The notes below the pieces were generated by a model, which did no database searches, was not told where the DNA came from, and was given only the letters and a program-made list of their open reading frames with translations. A DNA stretch of 64,000 nucleotides, taken from assembly GCA_904063045.1 (NCBI GenBank), contig CAJFCJ010000008.1, forward strand, positions 1 through 64,000, read 5' to 3'. Source of the DNA: Dimorphilus gyrociliatus. Lineage: Eukaryota; Animalia; Annelida. The position numbers were made by a program, and so were the translations under genes. Below are positions 51,527 through 63,994 of this stretch, one piece after another. Each line of letters opens with the position of its first letter. Positions within the stretch are counted from its first letter, which is position 1.

Positions 51527-54500
51527 TTAGAAATATGTATCGCCTCTTATACCGTTTTCAACACCTAAAAATTCACCATCAAATTCTGGTTGATCGAAAT
51601 TTGGTCTAAATGTAAATCCATTGAAATAGTTGGGTGGTGATCTATGTAAATTAGCGCCTATTAAACTATTTCCTTGAACGTTTAGTACTCCAGAAAATGA
51701 ATTTGAAATTGACGTTTCGTTATTATCGGAACACGATTTCTTTCGGCAGGATTTAAAACAACATTTATATATTAAAACTCCACAAATTACTCCTAATAAT
51801 GCTCCAACTGATGCTGCTAAAACTGCAATAGCCCAATCGGGTAATTTAACGCACAATAATGAATCGCTTCTTGTCCAACCGTGTTTAGCCTTTAATGGAT
51901 TGCAAACAAGACAGTTATCGTAATGTGGTGAATCTCCGGATGCGTGACAGTTATATTTTTCATTTTCATCTTGACCTTAGAAATGAAAAACGGATTTAAA
52001 TGACACTTTTCATTTTTTTTAATGTTCTTAATGTAAAAAATTAATGATAGATTGTAATCCGTTTATCATTTCTACTTTTAATTGCACAGGCATTTTGTTG
52101 AATTTCACAGAGCAATGGTCTGCTATAACATCTTTGACAAGATCCATTATATATTGTATAGAGTAATGATGTATTGCTTCGTTGTCCACCATTAGTAATT
52201 GATATTACACAATTTATGCAATTTGTTGGTACTGGACATTCAATAGAGTTAAAATTCCTAAGGGTACCAACTTTCGTGTAAGCAACACCATCTGTTTGTG
52301 TTATCTTGTTATTCATCTTAGTATAGGGAGTAAATAAGCAGGTAAAATTGCTGTAGGGATCGAAACGTTTTCCATAGATTATCGTCGAAGTGCAGTTCTG
52401 AGTTAGGCTATCGCATAGACCGTTGTTGAAAATTTTCTGTAAAACAGGAATATCATTAATTTTAATAGAGCAATCCGTGCCTTTATATCCTTGATTACAA
52501 GCGCAAACTCCACCAGTACAGTTTCCGTTACCTAGACAAGCAAATTAACAAAAATGAGTGTATTAATTGAAAAGTTGTTTGTTTTTACAATCTATGTGTT
52601 ATATGCATCCTCCTGCATGATCTTATTACCTGAACAACTGTTCTGGCACATCATTTTAACCATATTCTTTAAATTTTCGCTACTTGAAGCGTTTCTTTCA
52701 ATAATTTTTTTACATTTATAATTAGCCGAATTTGTTGCGTCTATAAGCCAATCTTTCGATTGTGATACTCTTATATCTTCAATACAATTTTCTAATTCGT
52801 TGTGTGTACTGAATCCGTCAAGATTATTACAAATTTTAGCTTGAGCTGAATTAGCTAATTCGTCTTCGCAAATCTTTCTGGCTTCCTTCCTTGAAATTCT
52901 GCTATTTTTAGGCCAATCCTTTCCCTTTGAATTGTTTTTTTTTGTAATTGTTATTAATATATACGAAAGTCAAGGTAATAATTTATTTAAAAGTATAGTA
53001 TATTCACCTTTTTAGGCTTATAATCTTGATTAATTATTAAATTAGATCTTCCTGATTGATTTGACGAGATATGTCTTTTTAACCTGTAATATTTTTTATA
53101 ATTTACAATAACCGCATTGGCCAATAAGGAATCTGTTATGTCCTTTAAATCTTTATCGAAGCAATGATGGACCGATAAACTTTCTGAACATTTATTTTCC
53201 TTGGAACATAAACAAAATGTTTCCAAATCTAAATTCATCTTTGCAAGACTAGCTATTTCATTAAGAACGTATCCATTCATTAAACTATGTTTCGATTGGA
53301 TATCAACTCTCCAATTATTAATAAATTTCTCTAAGTTATTAGCCGTATTAGACTTCAAGTATGATTCATCACGAAGTTTGAGATCATTTTCCACATCATT
53401 ATCTAAATACCCACACAATCCTCTAGTATTGTTAAAATCATAGCCTCCCGGTATTATCCATACGTTGAGGAATTCTTCTGAAAATGCTTCTACGTTTACA
53501 GTTACCCCGTTGGGTAAGTAAACTTCAAAACGTTTACCGAACATTGATGATCTTATATAGGTTTCTTTTGTGAAATTATCTCGTAAATAAATTTTTGCAG
53601 TTAATACAGAAGCAGTTTCATAAACAATTGTATGATTGTGCAATAATACTGGATTTTCTGACAATCTGGAACATCTATCTATAGATATGACGTCATCAGC
53701 GCTCTGAATTAAAACCGCGCAGTTACAAGTAGCTGTAATAGTTTTCGAACATCTCTGATAAACAGCATGAATCTGTATGGAAGAAATTAGCTATGATGTA
53801 AACAACAAGAAGAAAGTAAGTGGGTGGCTTGCTGGAGATTGGAAAAAGAGACAAGTAAAGGTGATAAAACCAGAGGTGAAAGTCTCTATAATAATATATT
53901 TCGTGTTACCTTAAAAGGTAGGCTGGTATGACTATATAAAACGAATTCTCCTTCATTATAGTTGTTGTATTGCCTGAAAAATAATATAGGTCCTATTAGG
54001 CCTATTTAGCTTCTAAAAATAAAATGTTTACAATCCATCGAACGTCAGAATGTGTGGATCGTTTACAGATCTACAAATACCAGAGACATCGCCATTTTCT
54101 ACAGATACGTCTACGAATACAGATGGACCATTTTCCTTCTTTGTTCTAAGACCAATTTCAATTTGGCCTTTTCTCAAACCATCTAATGTTCCTTTATAAA
54201 TAAAAACAATAAGAATAATAGAAATTATAAGAAAACTATTGTAATTTGTTTATTAATATATTTGATATTACCATCAATTCTTGGATAAACAGCTATCTCT
54301 CTCGACATCCAATGTCCGCTAGTAAATTTATCTTCAGAAACGGATATACGACAAAAATTTTCGTTTATAGAGAATCTATTATATCCAAAAGCAACTTGAT
54401 CAACTTTTACAGAGTTACAGCTGAAAAATTGTATATAAAAGAATTATAATGTTATAGCACCCCCTTTTTTTTCTTTTAAAGAAACTTGAGAATAAATAAA

Positions 54501-54603
54501 ACAACAAATAAAATATGTATAAAATTTTTTCTTTTTTGTTTTTTTAAAAAAAAAAGAAAAAAATAAATAGAAAAAATCTTTTAAAATATTTACTCTATGA
54601 GTA

Positions 54604-54637
<34 letters not shown>

Positions 54638-56842
54638 TTAAATACCTAAAATTATCTAAATTCTTGTATATAATCTCTATATAGACTTGGCATCCTTGGC
54701 ACAGTTGATTTCTGTCAACCCATATAGAAACGTTTACGTATTCAATTGATAGCCATCGTTCCTTAAGTTTAATAGATTTTGCCGATTCCAACTAAAAGAG
54801 AAAAGTTTTATTGTTATATAATCAGTTATGCTTATTCATACTCTTATCTCCCATAAAGGCTTTTCTGGTTCTTTAGTTGATTCATGGATGCTATCAGATT
54901 GTGTTACAGTAGTTGCTGTTGTTTTATCTAATTCTGTTCCCGTTGCTGTTGCTGTTGCTTTTGCGTATGGTGTTGATGTTTGAAAAAAAAATTGACTAGA
55001 ATAAGCAAGACTAGGTGATGTTGAGGCTGTTGAGATTTCGGGTTTCGTTACAGTATCGGACGGTAAACTCCAAGTGGGAATTGTAGTTTTAGTAGCCGAG
55101 GAAGGGCATTGGTTTTTAATATACTTTGAAAGTCTTTGAACGCAACCCGTTCCGTATTCTTCGCATATTGCAAGAAACTCCTTGATTTTTGGGCATTTTA
55201 TATTCTTTCGAAACTTTTTTTCGTATAGCATTATGCAATTCTTTTCGCACCGATCCTTTTTCTCTATAGTACAATTATATTTCTTTCTTAATTATATGCA
55301 AATGATCTATAAATAGCTTATTTATATACCTTCGTCGATCATTTCAATGTGTTTATTAAGACAGGAATGAGAAATTTGTTCGTAATAATACGAATCTAAA
55401 TCATTATATCCACACAACCACTTATATTCCCATATTTTAAGTCCTCTTGTTGCATTTACTGTAGCCGTACAGATAGAGGAAAGACTATTATTGTTGTTAT
55501 TAAATAAATCAGTCCAACTTTGATTCAATAGAACTTTTTCTAAATGCTTTGCGCAGAACAGAGTATCATTCTTAGCTCCGTAGTCTTGTAATTTGATATC
55601 AAATTCGATGCCCAGAATATCGCGATTATTATCTTTGTAAGTTTCGTGTCCAGGCGAGAGAATAGTTATGTTTCTATTGTTCGGTTGGCAATTATTTCGA
55701 TAGGTTGGGAGAAATTCTGTCCTTAGCCACTAATTAATACAATAACCAATTGTTAATTTTTTAACGATTTTATATATAATGAGGAAATATTTTTAATTGA
55801 CCTAATTTTTAAAAACTCTTAACGTCTATCTATCTTTTAAGCATCTAAAGATGCTGGAGACAAACTAAGAGAGAAACAAGATAGAGAAAAGAGAGGATAA
55901 GTTCTATTTTAAAAAAAAATAAATTACAGCACATAGTTAACTTCGTTCAGCGTTTTGGCTTTTCCTCTTCCTAGTCACTCAATACCTTATCTATAAGAGA
56001 TAAGGAATAAAACAGGGAAGAATAAATGAAAATTACAGAAAGATCTAATCTACGGGGTAACTTATGGAGGGAAAGTATTAAAAAGATTTATAATAGACGC
56101 CATACAAGTCAAGATAAAGATGAGAAAAGAGTAATACGAAAAACGTGAATAAGAGAATGGTTAAACAAGGGAATAGGACAATATGAAACATTTATTAAAA
56201 CCTTATATACACAGTATATATACTGTAAATTTTTTTAGAGCACTACCGATATGAGTAGGCGTTGAAAAAAGAAATAAGGAAATTTCTTTTTTGTAGTGTC
56301 CTACTTCGAAAATCTTTAGAATATTGAAGAGAGAGAGAGAGAGAGAAAGAGAGAATGAAGAGTATGGAATATAATAATATTATTGGTCATACTCATTTAA
56401 TAATAGAAAATAAAAGATTATAAGAAACATATTTTAGATATTTTAGACAATTTGAAAATTATTCACCAGGATGTAAATATATACAAATAGTGTATACAAC
56501 TTACTTTTAATAGAGAAACTGTATAAAACGTTCGGCAATAGGCTGGATATTGTCCATTCTTATTTTCAAAATTTAATGAATAAATTGTATCATAATAAAT
56601 ATCGACTTCTGTTCGACATCTTGAAACTGCAATATATAAAATGTGAAGTGTCAGCAAAAAAAAAAATTTCTTCTATTGGCTAATACAGTTTAGTTTTATA
56701 GATTAATAACATAAACGGTTCTTAATATTGTTGAACTTAAACAATAGTTAAATATATTGAAATGAAGTAATATTAAATTGAAAAAAATACCTAGGAAAGT
56801 AAAATACAATGGTATCAAACCAAAAGCAGCTGTACTCTTCAT
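51527..56842 (-). CDS. VWD- and EGF-domain type-I membrane protein (VWDE-like) with a Thr-rich stretch
   Basis: Signal exon MKSTAAFGLIPLYFTFL (56842-56791). VWD start CRSVNDPHILTFDG, TCNCAVLI, TRGLCGYLDND; EGF CQNSCSGNGNCTGGVCACNQGYKGTDC; TM WAIAVLAASVGALLGVICGVLIY; cytoplasmic tail ending DTYF. Confidence 0.85.
56328..56353. repeat. (GA)n microsatellite in a VWD/EGF gene intron
   Basis: Read directly. Other purine runs occur at about 61757-61778 and 63181-63208 (GAG). Confidence 0.9.
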
Positions 56843-57159
56843 TTCAAAGAAATAATCCAAGATACTTAATTAATGAATGAGATAATATCCAATCCTTTAC
56901 ACCTAGAGATGACATCTTCCTTTGAAATAATACTTGTACCGGCTACAAATAATAGAAAAGTAATGTTGATTTATTTGGGCGTAACCACAACTGGTAAGAT
57001 CAGTGAACTTGTTGGACAGCCTAAAAACTTCACATCCTATCTAATGTGTGCGCAAGAAATCTCCCGTACATTTCGAAACTTTGAGGTCATTTTCAACGGT
57101 ACTAACTTTCCTCTCTAACCCATTTTGTTTCGAAAATGGCTTCCCTATATGAAATACAA

Positions 57160-57285
57160 AACAAGCGCCATTTTTATATTCTGTTTGTAGTTCTGTAATA
57201 TCAATATTAGGCCTTTAAGAGGCCTATGCGAGCAGAAATCCTGCTTCACAATCATCTTATGACGTCACGAAAGCAAAGCCAATGG
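57160..57285 (-). promoter_or_regulatory. Probable promoter of the VWD/EGF gene
   Basis: CRE palindrome TGACGTCA at 57260-57267, CCAAT near 57279 and YY1-like GCGCCATTTT near 57165, 300-450 bp upstream of the ATG. Confidence 0.45.
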
Positions 57286-57837
57286 AGAGAGTTTGAAAAG
57301 AATTGAATAAACGATGTTTAAGCAGATACATATATATACAATACAAATAATTTTAAGAAATATAGACATTATAACAACAAAATTCTTTGAACTCTTGAAA
57401 AAAAAAACAGTAATAATAATGCATATATTAAATATATACAGTATGACTTAATTTCAAGTATTCGTCATCATAAAACAGTTTACAGAATGAATACAATTTT
57501 TTAAAAACGTTAAAAAAACATCTTAATATGTAAAAACAAATAAAATCAATATTTTAAGTATTTTTTGATTAGAAAAACTAAATGAAAAAATATTTTCAGA
57601 TTCTTAAAAACATTTTGTTTTTTTTAAAAAAAAACAAACGCAATAGAAAAGTTTTTTTATGAAATTTTCATTTCGACTAAATTCTTGAATATCAAGTAAT
57701 TCAAATCCATATACCAAATAGCTTATCATCAAGATTAAATGGACAAAATGATAAATAAACGATAATAAATGAATTAAAAAGAAAAAAAATATGTTTAAAA
57801 TTATGGATAATGATAGAAAGAATAGTTGTAGAAAGTT

Positions 57838-58611
57838 TTAATGAGAGGTTGGTGCAATAATGTTATCTTGACTACTTCCGCCGGATAATCTTCTCTTTAG
57901 AAATTTTCCAAAAGTTTCATTCTTTTTTGGAGGAGCAAAGAGTTTTTGTTCTTTTGTCTTGGTATCAGTTGTTTTTATCATATTTTCTTGTTCAACATTG
58001 GATACTTTTGGCTGAACGTTTTGTACTGAAGTTTCTAAATTATTTGCAGTTTTGGATATTGCTTTTTCAGCTGGAAAGCTCAAAAATGATTTAATTATTT
58101 CTGCGTCGCCCGCTCGCCTTTTATTATAATTTATAACTTCGGGACCAATTTTCTTAAGAACTTCATCACTGGAAAGCAGTCCCGTTCGCTTATTTATCGT
58201 TCTATTTGGTAACTCTACTTTCTCGTTCTTCGTCTGTAATGCCGTTATACATGGTAAACTTTCAATTCTTGAAAGACCCTTTTTCGGCTTATTTTCAGCT
58301 AATATTTTGATATCCTGCAGGCTACCCCGTCTAGGCATTACATTTTCGGGAATGACTAGTTCAACTGAAGATGGCGCCAATGAAGATATTTTTTCTCGAG
58401 TTTTCGGCGTTATGTAAACTGCTTCAGGAGAGTCTATTTCTCCCGCCGACTCATTTCCAGAATCATTATCATGGTCATGCTTTAGTTTTTTTTCATAAAT
58501 GGTATCCAAACGCTTCAGTTGCTTTGCAGTTAGCATGAGCGAAGCAGTATCAACACTTAGAGCTCTTGCTGAACGAGGCAGCAGACTAAATCTATTCACC
58601 GAGTCAGACAT
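57838..58611 (-). CDS. Uncharacterised, predicted disordered Ser/Lys-rich protein, 257 aa, single coding exon
   Basis: 774-nt ORF in AT-rich DNA, preceded by acceptor TGTTGGCAG (58622-58621) and ATG at 58611. Basophilic motifs RALS, RRGS, RIES and RRLS; no recognisable domain. Confidence 0.7.
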   Translation of the reverse strand: MSDSVNRFSLLPRSARALSVDTASLMLTAKQLKRLDTIYEKKLKHDHDNDSGNESAGEIDSPEAVYITPKTREKISSLAPSSVELVIPENVMPRRGSLQDIKILAENKPKKGLSRIESLPCITALQTKNEKVELPNRTINKRTGLLSSDEVLKKIGPEVINYNKRRAGDAEIIKSFLSFPAEKAISKTANNLETSVQNVQPKVSNVEQENMIKTTDTKTKEQKLFAPPKKNETFGKFLKRRLSGGSSQDNIIAPTSH

Positions 58612-58717
58612 CCCTTGAATCTGCCAACAGATTAAAAATGCTATGAGAAACAAGTTCAATAAACGAACTAAATACTATTTACTATATGTCCGTCATCGAG
58701 GCGATATTTTCCCATTG

Positions 58718-59672
58718 GCGCATGCGTTTCGGTGAATCCAATTTTAAACAACCCGGTTAAGTTATAATAAATATTGACCTCTAGTAATAATTACATTATA
58801 CGCGTGTATATATACAGTATATATACAGTTTTTTTTTAAAAAAAAAAACAAGTAAAGGATAAAACTGTAAAAGAATCCATTTAAAACTAATTATAACTCA
58901 AAACATTCTATTGACTGTTTAGTAAGTTTCATCGAACAATTCTTCATATATTCATTCAAAACATTTAACAATTCAAAAGGTCATTTTTATGAATGGGGGA
59001 TAAGGTTGAAAAATCATATATATATATATACATGTTTACAAAATAGCCTTAAAAATACATTCATATACAATTTAACTAGTTTTTTTTTCCATCTAATTAC
59101 TTATTAATAACTTTTTAAATCTATTATACAAATACCCTCCATTTTAATGGTATGATTTTTTTTTTAAACTTGTTTATGTATCTTTTGTTCATTGATTTAT
59201 GTATTTTTTTTTTCTTTATATAGAAACCTTATGCTGTTTATCGCACAAACAATATTCAACTTTACGAATTGAAAGCTTGAATTATCGTTTATACTACGAT
59301 CATAATACTATTAATATTCATGACGATTTTATCGAATTATCACTTTTTTGATTGTAATTTTTATAAATTGAATTAACTTGTCAACTTACCAATAGAGGTG
59401 AAGAAGGATCGTAAATTTAACACAACTTGATTTTGTCCAAAATGTAGGTATCAGCAAGAGCATTCTAATAGATAGACCATCTTTTTCAGACGTTTGTCTC
59501 TAACGTTACTGCGCTTTACGTCAATAATTTCACATCCGATACTCTAATTCCTTTCAAAATCAATTGGATGTTAATTGTTAATTAGCTAAATATAGCTGAA
59601 TACTTACGTTTTGAATGGGTTTGCAGGAAGTACAGTGTGTTATGTTTTCAATACAAGCAAACTGCGCATGCG
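58718..59672 (-). promoter_or_regulatory. Two NRF1-type GCGCATGCG sites, each just upstream of a minus-strand splice donor
   Basis: GCGCATGCG at 58718-58726 with donor GTAAAT at 58682; TGCGCATGCG at 59663-59672 with donor GTAAGT at 59607. YY1/ETS-like motifs at 59710-59800. Confidence 0.5.
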
Positions 59673-61924
59673 TAGTTTTCATTATACGGTATTTTGGCAC
59701 CTAAGACTTTAGATGGCAGCACGATAGAAAAAAAAGTTTCACAAATTCGTCAATTCCGGAAAATAGGAAGAAAGTCACGCATTAGATCGGAAATGACACG
59801 CTTTTGTTAAATATAGTAGGCCTATTAAATTATATGACTAAGCAAGTTTTCCAACGTCTATAGGGAAGTCAGCGTAATATGAGAATTTTATACCATTAGC
59901 ACGGTAAAAGGAAAGAAAGAACCCTTCACTCGAACCGGTCATTTAGATTTTTTTGAAGGAACCAAAATTCTCTTATTCTATTGCAACAAGTTAATTTTTT
60001 TCTTTCTCTCAAAAGTCTATAAGAAAATAAAATCAAAGTTATTATTTTTTTTTATAAAAAAAAACCCAAATTACGTAATAAAAAAGTAAATTTTTGACAA
60101 GTTTATTTTTGTTAGAAAGCGAAAAAAATTTTTTATTACTGAAACAACTGCAGATTGATTTGTTCAACAATGAATTTATACAGTATATATACTAATATAT
60201 ATATATATATTGTACATCCATACAGTATATTTATATACTGCAAAAATAAAAAGAAAGAAGAAACCATTAAAAAGAGAAAAAAAAGGGAAATATTAAACGA
60301 AATACGAAGCGTTTTTTGTTGGTGATAAAATAGATTATAAACAACAAAATAAAAAGAAAGAAGGAAAACAAACAAAAATAAAACACACATTTTGCAGTTT
60401 TTAATTACGTCCTATAGTCCTATAATCTGAATTCTGTTCTGTCTGAGTTTTTGCAGACGCCCCCGCTTAATAAAGCAATCCGCCTTAAAAATTCATAAGA
60501 CTTCGACCCTTATCTCCCCTATTCCTCAATAAGTTTTTGCTTGCTATGTTGTTTTTTTTGTTTTTTTCTTTTGGATTATTATCATTTTAATTATCCACAT
60601 TTATATTATTTATATTGTTTTATATTGTTTCAGGTCTTTGTAATTCTATTGGATTTATCATGTTTTCTTTTTTTCTCTCTATCGTTTGTATATAATGCTC
60701 TCCTTTTTCCCCCTTCATTCCATCTCTTTATTCTTTAATAAATCTATTAACTCTTTATCGTTCGGGATTTACTGACATAGTCATTGGAGAATTATTACTA
60801 CTCTAAGTCATCCTCGTCAGGTAATATGATCAAATGTGCAAATGGAGATTCATTCTGATGAAAGACAAACAATTAACGATTGTCTAATTAATTAGATTCC
60901 TTCAGAATATATCTTATTTTTTTTTCTTTTCTGGTTCAAATGACGATAAAACATGCTTTTCCTATTAATGAAAAAGACAGGTGGAGAAGCGGAATAGGAG
61001 ATCAAACGAATTTAAGATTATGGTCATTTTAGAGATTTTGGATTTTAGATTTGATAACGTTAAAACTTTTGATATACCATAGGTTACCTAGCTGTCGCAT
61101 AAACGGAAATAAGTGTAATATGCAAGAAAGAATTAAGAAAATCCGTATTATTCCTGGGCCAGACGATTTCCGAATATAAAGTTCACATGAATTATGCCTG
61201 AAAAGGTCAAGACAAAATGTCTTGAGAAGTTTGTATGTATAGAAGGTAAAAGGTCTATTGAAGAGATTATAGAACAAGGGATAGACTGCCAATTTGTAAA
61301 GTAATAGTCTTTAGCACGAAGGCCTTTTCAACGTTAAAGGCAAGTCGTAGATGTATGAGCTGAGATCAAAGATGCACAAGGCTATGAAGTAAAACAAACG
61401 CTTATCTCTATAAACTTATTTTTTCTTCGAGGTTTGAGTAAAAAGTATCATGTCGATACAATTCACAACTTCCGCTTTTAATGTAAAATATTCCATATAC
61501 CGCAATGTAATAGCACGATAATTCCTTGTTAAAAAGCATCTTTCACTCTTTGTTCTTTCCTAGTAAAAATAGAATATGAAGCATTGTAACATTTCTCCAT
61601 ATGCAACTCTTTCCTGAATGTCTTTTCTTCTTTTATCAAGTAATTAATTTTTGTAAAACAGACTCGGAAGATTTTCGAGTAGATGGTAAAGTGAGATAAT
61701 TGATGACGATGAAAAAGAGAGAGAGAGTTGGAGAGAAAGATGAGAGCGCCAATGAGACAGAGAGAGAGAGAGAGAGAAAGAAGAACAATTGTATGTAAAT
61801 CATGAGTGGAGAAGATTTCTTGCTAATCCAATATTGGAATTAGAGATATAGACTCTTCGTTTTGGTTTTTCCAATGATTTTCTTCTTGAAAAGTTTGTTA
61901 CGATGGACGATACTTCCTTAATAG

Positions 61925-63019
61925 TCAGCTGTTCCTATATAATTGTATAAAATTGTGCTCGTTGGAATTCTGACTTCCTGAATAGTGTGTGACTAAAGTA
62001 TGGTCGTGACCAAATTGTCCTCCACGAATCCTCAAGAAAGGACAACACTTGGAGCCAAAAAAACGAAAGAGAGCTTTAAACGCTCTCCTATACGACCTGT
62101 TGAAAAAATAATAGAGAAATGGTGATACGGCTGAATTAGCGTAACCGAACCATAAAGCCGTTTGCCAAAAACCACTGCCAATTGTATAATCCAAGAAAGG
62201 ATCAAGAACATTCAAAATGAAGAATGGACACCAACAAGCGCAGAAAACACTCATTATAATACTTAATGTTCTAGCTGCCCTCGTCTCTCTTCGAAGTTTT
62301 TGTTGCCTAGTATCTGAACCTACACATGTTGACCTGATAGCTTTCGCTTGTTTTTGTGCAACGACGAAAATTCTAGCATTGAGCAATCCCATGAATACAG
62401 CAGGAGCGTAAAAGGCTAGGGTTGAGCATATTACTGCGTAAACCTTATTGACGAGAAACACGCAAGCCTCTCCGTGGTCTGGAGTCTTTTCCCTAACCTT
62501 TTTCTCAATACCAACGACATGCCAGTTTTGGGTTAATGGTAGGAAGCTCATTAACGTAGGCATAGTCCAACAGGCAAAGAGAAGGCAAACGACGCTCTTT
62601 TTAGTAATAATAGAAGGATATTTAAAGGGCGTGCAGATGGCAGTGTACCTGTCACAGGCAACGCAGCACAGATGCAAGATGGAAGACGTGCATAGCCAAA
62701 CGTCAAAACAAGTAGCCAGAACACAAGCAGTTTGACCCAGTTGCCACCTAAGGCCCGCCATCAATTGATAAGCTCCTACTGGCATAACTAAAACCGCAAC
62801 TAAGAGATCGGTAACGGAAAGGCTGGCGACGAAGGCATTCGTCAAAGTTCTTAATGAACGAAATCTGCAGATTGCGAGTAGAACCGTGAGATTACCGGCG
62901 ACTGAGATGAGCATAACGATCAAAACGAGGAAGAGAATGATTATGGAAACGGCTAATCCATAGCGGACAGGAAGTTCGCCGGGAGGAGACGTTGTCCAAC
63001 TTCCGTTTTCCGTTTGCAT
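61925..63019 (-). CDS. HTR4: Biogenic-amine class A GPCR, 5-HT4-like, intronless, 364 aa
   Basis: TM3 FDVWLCTSSILHLCCVACDRY (Asp3.32), VNKVYAVICSTLAFYAP, CWCPFFILNVLDPFLDY and WFGYANSAVSPFLY..NRSYRRAF closely follow the 5-HT4 pattern. The subtype call rests on motif recognition, not phylogeny. Confidence 0.8.
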   Translation of the reverse strand: MQTENGSWTTSPPGELPVRYGLAVSIIILFLVLIVMLISVAGNLTVLLAICRFRSLRTLTNAFVASLSVTDLLVAVLVMPVGAYQLMAGLRWQLGQTACVLATCFDVWLCTSSILHLCCVACDRYTAICTPFKYPSIITKKSVVCLLFACWTMPTLMSFLPLTQNWHVVGIEKKVREKTPDHGEACVFLVNKVYAVICSTLAFYAPAVFMGLLNARIFVVAQKQAKAIRSTCVGSDTRQQKLRRETRAARTLSIIMSVFCACWCPFFILNVLDPFLDYTIGSGFWQTALWFGYANSAVSPFLYYFFNRSYRRAFKALFRFFGSKCCPFLRIRGGQFGHDHTLVTHYSGSQNSNEHNFIQLYRNS

Positions 63020-63974
63020 TATAAGTCAAGTGGAAGGAAATTTCTGTTTCATGAAACATCTTTTTAGAATCTGTATCATACACATTCCTATATTCTACAC
63101 AAAATTCTAACGGTATTCCTAAAAACACTCCTTACAAAATTACATATAATATTGATTTTATCGTTGTAAAAGTAGGGAAGGAGGGGAGGAGGAGGAGGAG
63201 GAGGAGGTGATGGTGAGGAGTCGAGATAAAAATATTGTACGATAATCGCCTCCGGCTTAAAAGGTATATAGAGACGTAAACAAAATTATATTTATATTAA
63301 ATAATTTATCGTTATACGGCATAAGGTCTATGCTTTAAATGGATAAGAATACATCCTCTTTACATATTTATAAATATTAAAGGGTATTTTAATCTATAGA
63401 CCGAATATAAAAATAGATTTTTGTTTCTTTCGGCATCTTTTAGGGAAATAATATTTTAATTATAGTTATCTGTCTTGAAACTTTAATAATTAATAGCTTA
63501 GAATTTACTTATTATTGATTATAGCATTAAAAAATGATTAAAATGTACATATACAAATATACAGTATATATACAGAGACTATGTTTACTATTTGCACAGT
63601 AAGTCCTGTATTATATACATTCGAATAAGCAACATATAGTTTATATATAGTATATAGATATATTATATTTATGTATTTGTATATATAATTGGAAAAACCT
63701 ATTGAATTCAAAGGTTATTCCATCCTTCGGCAAATAGAATCTTACAAATAACGTAACTATATCGTGTTACAAAAGTCTGCTATATTTTCGCTTTTAACTG
63801 TTGAAAATATCGTTTGAAGTGGTTAGATAGAGACTAGTCTACGCCCTTTTCCTTACAAATCTTATTAAAACAATAAGAAACAATACTTTCCTTTATACCT
63901 CTAAAGGAATATTTTGCTCTAATCAAAAGCGTTATATAATATTTCTATATATTTGTATACAAATGAATATACTT

Positions 63975-63994
63975 TACTGTATATATACAGTATA
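63975..63994. mobile_element. Putative Tc1/mariner excision footprints, TAC(A/T)GTA in TA runs (this double copy represents 11 perfect TATACWGTATA sites)
   Basis: Perfect 11-mers start at 6131, 22291, 30187, 37986, 38875, 41380, 49501, 58811, 60177, 63558 and 63984, all in non-coding DNA. The footprint interpretation is inference. Confidence 0.6.

Noticed and set aside
58612-58659. Apparent signal peptide MNLFLIAFLICWQ on the 273-aa ORF
   Set aside because: It starts at TTG and is the pyrimidine tract and AG acceptor of a 62-bp intron; the real start is more likely ATG 58611.
60136-61292. Several hydrophobic ORFs of 60-90 aa (also 45422-45673 and 51251-51487)
   Set aside because: They are translations of T-rich or TA-repeat UTR and intergenic DNA, with TTG starts and no domain signal.
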